Shown piece after piece: positions 1 through 10,677 of a stretch of 64,000 nucleotides of DNA. Position 1 is the first letter of the stretch, and every line of letters starts with the position of its first letter. The notes under the pieces were generated by a model. The model was given only the letters and a program-made list of their open reading frames with translations. It made no database searches and was not told the DNA's origin. The translations under genes were made by a program, and so were the position numbers. The stretch spans positions 186,001 through 250,000 of the forward strand of contig NMRA01000527.1 of NCBI GenBank assembly GCA_002633005.1. The letters run 5' to 3'. The DNA comes from Phoronis australis. Lineage: Eukaryota; Animalia; Phoronida.

Positions 1-960
1 CCAAGTCCCAAGGAACAAATCAAGGCACGTTTCATAACCCCAAATGCTTTGAATGACAGACGGGTGTGTACGCCAGCTCTAGTCAATACCTACCTGACAT
101 CTACCCAACGTGAAAACTTCAGCTATCTATTAAGGTGGTTAGTTGTAGTAGAAAATATTTTTTATCAAGTATTCTCCACTTATGTGTTTGTAAAGAATTT
201 GCAATGCAAAATAATGTGGACACACAGCTGAAGCAGCCACAAGAACATATTACAACCAGCATTGAATTTGAAACAGCCCAATCATCATAATAAGCACCTG
301 GCAATACATTCCCGTTTGTTTACAAGTAAAGTGTCTCTTAAATTAGACCAGATTACCCAGCTGCACTCAGTTTGAATGCTGACCAAAACCATACAAGCAT
401 GCGTGGTTTGTTGTATACCAATGAGTGGTGAAAAAATCAATGAATAGCAATTAGCTTATACTACATTTATTATGAAAATATTTACATTGGCATAGCATGA
501 TAGAATGATAACTTGACAGTCGTACCAAATTACGAAGGAAAAAAGCTGTAAAGGAAGAAGTCTGGAACAGAACGAGAGAAAGATGAGTTGAAAGAAAGAA
601 GAGGCAGTTCTGAAAGAAGATAGGAATGTAAGGGTGAATATACAAAATAAAAAACAAACAAAAATTCCACAAAAGGTCAGTGGGCATTGCAACGTTCTAT
701 TAAGAACTTTTAATTTGTTGACCAAATGGGACTGGAAAGACAGAGCAACTAATGTGTGAGAAAACAAAATGTGCAATAGCACAGAAATACATCTGTGACT
801 TAGACGCTTCGTTCAGTAGCTCTCATAACTGACCGATAAGCGGGTAGATTTTGACAACACACAAATAATTCAGAGTGGAACGTGGAATGCGTGTTTGTTG
901 TGACACGTGACAGTTAAAGAAAGATCAGCAGTATTGTAGAAGGGAGGGCAAGAAGATCTT

Positions 961-3900
961 TCAAGTCATGGATGACGCAGCTAAGGACTGTGATGTGAGG
1001 GCCTCCGATCGCTTAATCTCTGCCGTAATCTGTGAGAGGTCTTGAATAAATACTTGGATCTACAAATAAAATTATTTCCTTTAATTGCGCGTTTCTGTTA
1101 AAGGAAGTTGTTTACCAAAATAAATGAAACTGGTAAAAGAGGTGTTGTTAATCTTTTACTCGAAATAAGAAAAAAATACGCAAAATAATGACGTAAAAGT
1201 AATTTGTCTCTTGATTTACCAATTGAAGGTAGATACAAATAAATATTGCACCAATACAAAGTAGACAATTGTATAGTTTTGATAATCAGGTTTCAGTTTG
1301 AGTATAGGCAATATATCCAGGGTGAAAAAATGACACCCAAAAAATTGTAGAATATTTCCAAATGATGTTTTTGGAAATAACAAAAATCCTGGGCAAACTG
1401 ACCAGTACGGTACTCAAATTAAGAATGAATTGCACAAAATATTCACACAATGCTAAATACACTTACTTAAAATTAAAATGCGCTTACAAGAAAACTACAT
1501 GCAATTTTTTCCAGACACCTTGAATAATATTATAATTCTTTGTCATCATCACCGAGTCAACACCAAAATACTCACTCTGGCTAGTTGTTCATACGTATCT
1601 TCAACCTGTGACGACTGTTTCTGGTGTTTGTTGACTAACTGGAACAAGTTGTGAGTGGCCCTGAAACGCATAAACATGACAACATGCAGTACATTTTGGC
1701 AGGCACTTTGCAAGAACACATTTTCAATAAACAACATTTCTCGCTTCGTCATAATGGGATGATTCATATTTTGCTAAAATGTTGAATTATGTGAAGAGTT
1801 GTTTTACATCCACTTAACGCTGCTGATAATCCACACACTATTCATGAAGAACCCAGTGCAGGTAAAAACTGACTGTCAGATGAAAGTGAACACTTAGCCC
1901 AATGAATTCAGTCCACCTGTTTGGGCTGCTTGGTAACCTCATTATGTCATAAAACTATGAGCCTGTTGACTGCTCAGCCAGCCGGTTTTCTATTGTGTTG
2001 GCAGGGAATGGGGTAGTGCACTTCAATTCACAAATTTATTTGGGTTTTGGTTTGAATTTTCACCTTTACTAGGCCCACCACGGTAATTTTTAAGCTACAA
2101 TACCAATGAATTCTAAAACATTCACTTTTCATGAAATGAAACACTTACTGTGCTTTTCTACAGTATCATCTGGGTCTATCTTTAAAATCTGATTGGTGAC
2201 TAACTAAATGACATCAGAGGTTAATTGCAATTGCAATGCTGAATTTAAGTTAACAAAAAGTTCGATGGTACAAATCAAAAAGCAAGCGCAATAAGTGCTG
2301 ACATCACCAGAGTCACAGACTTACATTTTTATCCTGCCCAACAATAGTGTTTTAGTAGCAGCTGTGTTTTTAATGTGATTCCACTGCGACTCCCACTTGA
2401 CAGCCTCACTCTGAGCCTTGTCCAGCCGACTCTGTAGTCCTGACAATTGGTTGTTGTAGCTCATTATTTCATTATGCTTCTCCTGAAATTGTGATTCAAT
2501 AAACGGTTATTATTGCGTGCATCGGCCAAGCTGGTATTCTTATTCTGTGATTTTCATCAACCACTAATATGAGCACAGACCCAGAAATGGCATGATACCC
2601 AGGTTCTGTCACTCCCTTGCATTGCATTCAGTAGTAAAACCAAGCTCAGAGGAGTAGGAGACACCTTTGTGCAATGTTTGATTGCCAGCCAGTAAAGCCT
2701 GGATTTGATCCCGGGTCTACGCCAACTGGGAAATAGGAGCTCAATCCTCTAAACCTTGCAACTACACACTGTCTCCCCCAAACTAACTATTCTCACTGAT
2801 GAGTGTATGAGGGGTTCTGGGAGTTTAAGGCCTGTAGTAAAAAAACAACTCTGAACCCGTTCATTTTCAAATTGAATGTGCAAATCTCCAAAACGCAGAA
2901 ATAAAAACACAAAGTGACCAAAACAGAATTTACTGCTGCTGCAATGATTGTTCATTGAGAGGGTTGATAGACTCCACAAGGTGGCGATGGTGGAACATGG
3001 CTACTACCTGTATAAATGCATACTATATTCAGGTAGTCAAGTGAGAAACATTGTTCACAAATGCCCCGATTTTGATGAAGTGATTTCTGCTCTCAATCTA
3101 TTCAGATGTAAAATAGAGGGAATTTTATTTAGTCACAGTGAATATGGAGTCGTCCCAATGTGTTCTCCATCCAAAGAAAATGAGAGCAAAAATCAACTCG
3201 AATCAACAGAAAACATCTGGTAATTGTCCATACCTCTGTGTATTTTGAAAGTTTTTGTTTCTGTTTCTCAACCCTTTCCTGGTTGACCTGCTCCCTCTCC
3301 AATAAATCCTGAAATGACCACATAACAAATCATCAGTCACTTTCACCTTTCATTGCTGGTGCATATAGAACATTGTGAAACAAAACAGTGATTCACCTAC
3401 ACTGCCTTTAAGTCCATTTCCTCCATAAGTACTCCTAAACATCAAGCTTCAAGTTTGCATGTTAAATTTATTTCAAACCATGAATATTCACTGTGAAGGG
3501 ATCAATAATGAGAGCAAACAACCGCGTTCAATCCACAGACCAGTAGAAGTGTAATAATACTTCAGCAAGTGCAATTAAATCACAGTCCTCCATTCTCCTA
3601 AAAGCAGGGGGTGTGGTTGAGGGGGGACCCAGGGGATGTTGTCCCCTCATTAAAATTCCATTTTCCACCACCTCGTGGTATAAATTTAAGTTAACTTCAT
3701 ATTATATTATTTCATTTTAATGAAAATAGCACCATCATGTTACAGTAATGTGTAACTATTGATATTTGACGAATGGTCCAATCTTCGTGGTCAGCATTTT
3801 GCGTCATTTTTTATAGGACTGCAAAAATGTTGAAAAGGCCAGGTTTTACGTTATGAATGACTTTAGAAAAATTCCATACTTGTCTACCTTCGGAACATCA

Positions 3901-6900
3901 TATCTCAGAAATTCCTGACCAGATTTAAATGAAACTATCAGATACTATACTATACAATACAGTGACAGGAATTGTTTAAAATATTCGTTGTTATTGATAT
4001 ATCCCTTCTTCTCTAAATTTTACTAATAAGACATGGTCATGTGACCTAATTAAGGACAGAGTGTCTGGTAAAAAATCAACTCAGTTCTACTGACTTGCAA
4101 AGAATATTAGTTTTTTACCAAATTAGAAGTAAACGACAATAACTCTGTCAAACTTAATCCATGAGGCTATTCACATACAGGTCCTCCATGCTGAGAAGTC
4201 ACTCAATTGGAATATTGGAGCATATAGGTTGGAGTTGTGGAGGAGTTTTTAGTTGACAGATGTTGTTCCGTGCATTGGGTTTGAGGTGTGAAATATGCTC
4301 CTTCATAGAATCATAGCACATACTACTATGTGAATATTCTGTTACGATATTTTGTTTTCTGTCTCCTATTGTGCCTGTATGGTTAACGTTTTTCATACTG
4401 CACTCTAGCGCTTTTGTTTCCCACTTCTACTGGCTTTTAAGTTTCAGAAAATATAAACTTCTACCCTGTTAAAATTTAAAGTTTTGCAGATACTTGGCTA
4501 AATACACAGACCTTACATAACCACAAACATGTCCCCAAGACCCTACATAACCACAAACATGTCCCCAAGACCCTACATAGCCACAAACATGTCCCCAAGA
4601 CCCTACATAACCACAAACATGTCCCCAAGACCCTACATAACCACAAACATGTCCCAAAGACCCTAAATAACCACAAACATGCCCCCAAGATCCTACATAA
4701 CCACAAACATGTCCCCAAGACCCTACATAACCACAAACATGTCACTAAGACCCTACATAACCATAAACATGTCACTTAAACCATAAATATGTCACCAAGA
4801 CTATACGTAACCATAAATATGTCACTAAGACCCTACATAACCATAAAATCAATTAGTCCCGATTGCTTCCCCTATAGTTATCTCAATGTCACTTAAAATG
4901 TGTAACTTAATTCTTCTTTAGATGTTTACCTCATGCGTTGCCGTTAACGTATCGTATCTGGCTATAATCTCCCTAACTTCGTGAAATTCCTCAGCTGCCT
5001 CTAGCACTCTGTCGAGATATTGTTGGAATATCTGGTGCTTCTCCAGCTTCTTCTGAATTTTTTCTCGCTCTGTCTGATACACGGCGGTCTCGACCAAAAG
5101 TCTTTCGATGTCTTTGTCCTTGGTTTTCTTCAGTTCTCTCTCATCGTTTGCCTTCTTTACAGCTCGTGCCCTTTTTGAATCATTTTCCTATAAAGAAAAA
5201 GAAATATAAATTTTGAGTGTAATCTCACTTTGATGGATTGTAAATGGCATAAATCTCCCTTGAGCAAAAGTGCGAAAGTTCGGAGAATATACACATAGAT
5301 AATTTCTGCAAATTATGCCTAGAGTGTGATGCGTTCATAATTACTTTGATAAACATTTCTTCACGAACTGTGAAATGGGATTGTCAGACCAAATTTCTGT
5401 CTTAAGTACCACCTCACTTTCATGAAACAGATCTACAGTACTCGTCCAGGTTACCGCCCAGGGCGCTTAAATTGGGAATCTAAAAAAACAGGGGGTGGAC
5501 GGTAAGCTGTCACGGGCGGTTAAAATCGAAATTATTGAAAAGTCAGAAGTGGGTGCTTATTGTACGGAGGACCGATTTTACCTTAATTCACAGAGTTACA
5601 CTGATGTCGGATTTTAAGCATCTAGCAGTTCAAATATACATCGGCAGATTGAAGTAAGGCCAAGTGAGGGACTTCCACTCCCTAAAGTGGAATAGCACAC
5701 ACAATTCAGGGCGCCGTGATCCCGAGCATGATTGGGTTTTTTACGTACCTCCGTCGCTGCTTGTCATCGCTCCTGTATTCGTACAGGTAGGCGTGCGTTC
5801 AGTAGGGCAAGTTTCTTCAGCGAAAAGGCAAATCAAGCAAGACTCTGCTAATGTGTCGTGTATTTATAAGGGAAGCACCTGACTTTGTAGATTTTCTCCT
5901 CGCTAGATACTTTGACAACCAAAACATGTGCTAATGAATGACAGCGGGCCTCAGTTCTTTTAAGAACATTAAAATGCTTTGAACCTATAGTTTGAAAATG
6001 AAACACTTTATAAAAATTGTATATTTCTTTCTGAGTTGAACAGCCCAGTACACCATTCTTGTTCAAAGCACGTGCTCAACAATCGGATCATGTAAAAAGA
6101 CATCAGGCAAATCAAGAGTTCAAAAAATAAGTTTTTGACCACGTAGATGTGGATAGAATGTTCGACTTGCGCTTAGTAAAAAGTTGATTTCTTACACTGT
6201 TGCTTTTGGTTGGGCGCTTCCATTTTGGTTGGGCGCTTCCATTTTGGTGTTGGTAGTGAGTCATTAAAAACATGCATTTAGCCAAGGCAGGGAACAGCGA
6301 GACAACTTGGTTCGTCACAATGACTTGGGTCTCTTTGTATTCAAAACAATGCCTCCAAAATAATGTTGGTGTGCTCATTTTTTTTTTCTTATTTCATTGC
6401 TCAGAGTGGTGATGTTTCGTGTACTGTCATGTCACAGAAAGGTATAATAGCACTTCCTAAAGTACCGCTTTGCTTGTTTTTCCACGGCAATGAAATACAT
6501 TTGACAAGCGCTGTCTTCAATGTTTATGCTCTTACCTTTAAAAACTTATCAAACTTCAGAAGTGACTCCTTTAACTGGTATTCTTTTCGTTCCAATTCTT
6601 CTCTTCTTTGTTGAAGACTTTCCATTTTCATTTGGAATTCCTGAAAAAAATAAAGTTGGCAATTAAATTTAAAATCAAGGTTAAAGTGGGAAGTGGTCAG
6701 TAAATCAATGATAATCAAATCTCTGTATCTGGTGCTAAGGCAACTAGTTTGCTTTATTATGCTCACAAAAATTGAACTCACAACACCATGATTTTGTATC
6801 TCACACTATAACCACAAGGCTATTATAAGGATGGTGGAATTCAACCCATGACTTCATACTTGTGTGGGCCCACAAGGTCAAAGGTTGTTAGCCAGGTTGT

Positions 6901-9900
6901 AGCACATCATTGGAAACATAACACTGCATTTAGAAGATTGAAAACATGGCCCTACAATGTTTATAATTTTCATATTAAAACTTAATGCCTGCCTTCACGA
7001 GACACATGAATAAATTAAGTGCATATTAAAATTAAAGTTGTACCTGTCTTAGTTTAGACAGGACTTACAACTATGTTGTTTTAACTAGTCTGCTAAGTAT
7101 TCATAGGAAACCTAATATTATCTGCTATGTCCATGGAGATTTCGTACACAGATCTTTTTTCACTCATACTTGAATACTGGTCTTTGATGATTGTTATTCA
7201 ATATCCCATTTATTGCTAGTTATGATTTTTCTCTAGTTCATCCAGGAAAACGTAGCTTTGGAGCATCTCTTTGCACAATAACCACTTGACAAGTAAACCA
7301 AGAACAGTTACGCAATAGTAAAAGAGTGACAAAACTAATTGCTAAAATTGTCATATTTTTATTTTCAGAGACTTTAGTTAACAATTGCTCAAAATTTTTA
7401 CTAAATGTTGTTTGGTAATAGTAAACACACCGTACAAACAAAGCTAAGAGAATTAAAGTAAATTTTCCTGAACTGTTATTTTTGTTGAGAAATTTTATAA
7501 AATGAAATTTCACCTAGACGCCATATTGTGTCCCAAACTGAAGAATCACCAGTAAAATAAGTGATGTAATACCGGCACATTTTCCCTGAGATCATGTGGA
7601 CAGTTACCTCTTTTTGTGCAGCTAAAGCCTGCTCCACTTCGGACATTTCCCGCCTCTTTTCCAACAGCCGTGTCGCTGGAGTGAGATGGTCATCTTCTCG
7701 CTCTGGCATTTTTCTGAAAGAAAACACAGTCTTCATTAGAAAAAGGTGCGCAGTAATTGTTGCATTTGTGCATGGGGTCAATTTTAGTGCTGCATTGGCC
7801 TCATATCCTGCTGAGATTCTGCCATGACTGATTCCAAAGTGCTAGAAAATTTTTGTCATTACAATGTGTGCCGATGACGTGAGTTAAATTGCTCGAGCCA
7901 CAGGAACTGGAATTGTCTGAACTCGTAGTGTGGTTATTTTTTTAATTAATCACTTGATATATTAATCACCTGATCACATGAATCTATGCTCACTTTGAGA
8001 GCTACAGCTAGGGAAGCACCGTGGGTAGACAAGCTGTGATGTGTGATATGAATTAGACGCCTGGCACTTAGCACATAGCTTTAGGATTTGTCATGTGATT
8101 CATCTGTCCCCATGCTATATTCAATAATAATAATGGGCTAAACAACTATTGGTAGGAAGAGAAGTTATGGGTTTTATTACAGGATTAGTGAAGGAGGACA
8201 CTATTGGAGCCCATCCCAATGGTAATGAAGCAACTTTGTATCTTTGTATATGGTATGTACCCCATTGGACAAAATAAAAATGAGGAAGCTTATAGCTAAG
8301 GTAATGGCTTGATTAATCTTGGAACGAAGTTGCTTTGAAACAATGTGGACAGGTAAAAAACTGGAGAAATTAAATCTGGCAAAATATAAATGTCGTTAAA
8401 AACTACTAGTACACTTTTCTTGGTAACAGGCACTAGGCTCCTAGCAGTGCTGTAGTGGTAAAATTCGAGGTAAGTAGGGGACCAAAGCCCGGCCGCATCA
8501 CCTTCAGCACTGAACGTAACTTACGGTGCGTAGGCTCAAATGCCAAAAGGTGGTTGGCTGCACCTGCGTGTGCCCACGCCCCACTACAGCACTGGCTCCT
8601 AGTCTTATTCTACAGTTCAATTTGTGAAGCGATCAAACCTGCCAACTCAGAACACCATGCTTTATTTACGTTTTTGTTAATTCTTCAACTGTTCTTTTTT
8701 CACAAATTTGCGCAGAGCTTGCAACAAATTACTAAAAGTGACTGAACATTGTAAGTACTTTGAGTATTTTATTGCTAGTGAACAGAAATTCTGAGCAAAT
8801 TTTGTTGTCACAATATAGTCTTTCTTAACCACACCAAAAAACAAGGAACTGCCGCATGCACACATCACTATCCTTGGTGCAAAACTATATAGTACACAGC
8901 TTTAGAAAGATGTGGAGAAAAATGAGCAAAATAAAATTTTGCACTAAGTTAGTGTCATTAAAGTTAGACGTCCTTGAGTAAACTTATATAGTTACCGGCA
9001 CGAAAAGAATGCTGTTGGTTGGTTACTTTGCAGCTAATAAAAGTGCAGAGCTATCATATGCATCAACTTTAAGCACCATGAAATTTAGCGCTGTTAGCCA
9101 ATCTATGTTTTTGCCAATTCCTCAATTTCCTGTTCCTTTTTTCACAAGATTACTCAGTTCACAAAAAATTACCAGGAGTGGCTGCACTTTGTAAGTAGTT
9201 TTAAGTATTTCATTAACCGTGAACCAAATTTCTGAATTAATTTGATTTGGGGAGTTTGTGGTCATCTCCCAAAAGATGCCATTTTAGCAAACCACATATT
9301 GAGTGAATAACACGTGTGCGTGTCCCGAGCATACTGTTTTGAAATTGACTTTTCTTTGTCACAACAGCGGGAGAGTGACCAAAGAAAACGACATTCCTCA
9401 GATTGTGTTTCTTTTAAATGACCGTATGGGACAAGGTAGGTGTCATTTGAATGTTGAAGTTGCAACAACTTTCACACTTGAACAAGCTAGATTTTGATGT
9501 ATGTTTCGTAACAATAAAAGGACTGAAAATGGAGTTGTGGTCAACTGAGAACGAGTGCTTAGCTTAAATTGCCATTTTTTACCAGCATCATTCACCAGGT
9601 GTGTTTTGATATTCTGACAAACACAGCTAGACTATCATATCAGGAGCGTTCTGACTTGAAATTGGTGTTTGATTTTTCTTTGTCACAAAAGCAGAAATGG
9701 ATGACAGTAAATGACCTTGGATAGTATTTTTTAAATGTACCATAACAGACAAGGTAGACTGCCTTTGAATGTAGAAAAACACACACTTCGACATAATGCA
9801 TTTTGAAGCAAATTTCAACGTGAAAGGATAGTAAACGAAGTTGTGGAGACCCGAAAAAGTGGTTAATGTTTATTTAACTAGTTTTTGCTCATATTTATTT

Positions 9901-10371
9901 TTTTTAGCTGTGTGTTGTCATTCAGTCATACACAAACAGGTACCTTGCTATAGATTGGATAGGGTAAAATTTTTACCAAAATAATATCCAGTGATTTTGC
10001 AAATTCCAAAGCATGTGCATTTCAATTATGCGTGTTAATTGTTGTTGAGTATCATATTCAACTTATAGCGGGAATCTGCGCCTGTCACCTGCGCTTAGCC
10101 AATACTGCAACCTGCAGCCCATTTCTTATATGCAATACATTCATGAAAACTCAAGCTAATGCAAGTCTTCGCAAGATATCGACAAGCATTACAACTACAA
10201 GCAAATCATGTGAATTGTAATCACACTTAACGCGCGAGAACTTCACTCGAGAAGGAAGTGCCTGCCAGTGGCAGTGGACGTATTAAGTAAAAACAAATCT
10301 TTCCCTGAGACTTACACGAGAAGCTTGTCCTCAAAAGTGGTCCTGAAGTATTCTTCTAGGCTGACAGTCAT
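961..10371 (-). CDS. CFAP73: Cilia- and flagella-associated protein 73 / CCDC42 family (DUF4200 coiled-coil), 313 aa; exons complement(join(961..1059,1576..1660,2325..2482,3234..3308,4930..5187,6536..6640,7608..7713,10316..10371))
   Basis: Eight exons with GT-AG boundaries and matching phases total 942 nt. Translation [49 protein letters not shown]...[31 protein letters not shown]...[11 protein letters not shown]...[33 protein letters not shown]...[15 protein letters not shown] matches the CFAP73/CCDC42 signatures. It is probably the single pro-orthologue of both vertebrate paralogues. Confidence 0.93.
1316..1523. mobile_element. Degenerate Tc1/mariner-type MITE
   Basis: Imperfect terminal inverted repeats (CAGGGTG...AAAAAA / TTTTT...CACCTTG) with nearby TA dinucleotides; lies in the last CFAP73 intron. 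Confidence 0.4.
4509..4847. repeat. 30-bp minisatellite (CCCTACATAACCACAAACATGTCCCCAAGA), about 10 copies, decaying to the right
   Basis: Visible head-to-tail repeats with no spacers; it explains the repetitive ORFs 4469..4657 and 4476..4775. Confidence 0.95.
5436..5566. mobile_element. Diverged, truncated copy of the 40649..40807 MITE family
   Basis: TA-CAGTACTCGTCCAGGTTACCGCCCAGGGCGCTTAAATTGGGAATC...GGGCGGTTAAAATCGAAA aligns by eye with the MITE at 40649. Confidence 0.6.
5569..6400 (+). repeat. Interspersed repeat, copy 1 (unclassified, probably a non-autonomous DNA transposon)
   Basis: Shares long blocks (e.g. TGATTGGGT..TTTACGTACCT, GTGCGTTCAGTAGGGCAAGTTTCTT, AAGGGAAGCAC, GGCGCTTC.ATTTTGGT) with the reverse complement of about 51575..52196. 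Boundaries approximate. Confidence 0.75.
8445..8594. mobile_element. hAT-type MITE, 150 bp
   Basis: Perfect 14-bp TIRs (CAGTGCTGTAGTGG / CCACTACAGCACTG) and a perfect 8-bp target-site duplication GCTCCTAG (8437..8444 and 8595..8602). Confidence 0.9.
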
Positions 10372-10677
10372 TTTTAACTCTGGGTTCTATCTTCTGTAAC
10401 ACAATATACTGGAAATAAAAAATAAAAATATAAAAAACGTGAACGTTTCTGGTTGTCAACAATCCAATATGGCCGCTGGTGTCCAGCTGGTGTCAAGGCA
10501 ACACTTCCTGTAGAAATTAACTTTTTATCAATAATAACATAAAGCCAGATATATGAGAAATTTTTGCTATTGAAATGAGCAATATATTTTTTGATGCTCA
10601 CAATTACAGTTTTTAAGATGTATTTTACAATCTGTTTTGACCTACATCCAAATCGAGGCTATATATAAAAAACAAAA
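10372..10677. promoter_or_regulatory. Compact bidirectional promoter / 5' UTR region shared by CFAP73 and NIPSNAP
   Basis: 306 bp separate the two divergent ATGs. The region contains an RFX half-site GGCAAC (about 10497), an ETS-like ACTTCCTG (about 10503) and a minus-strand polypyrimidine tract with AG acceptor (10409..10440) for the CFAP73 ATG exon. Confidence 0.6.
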
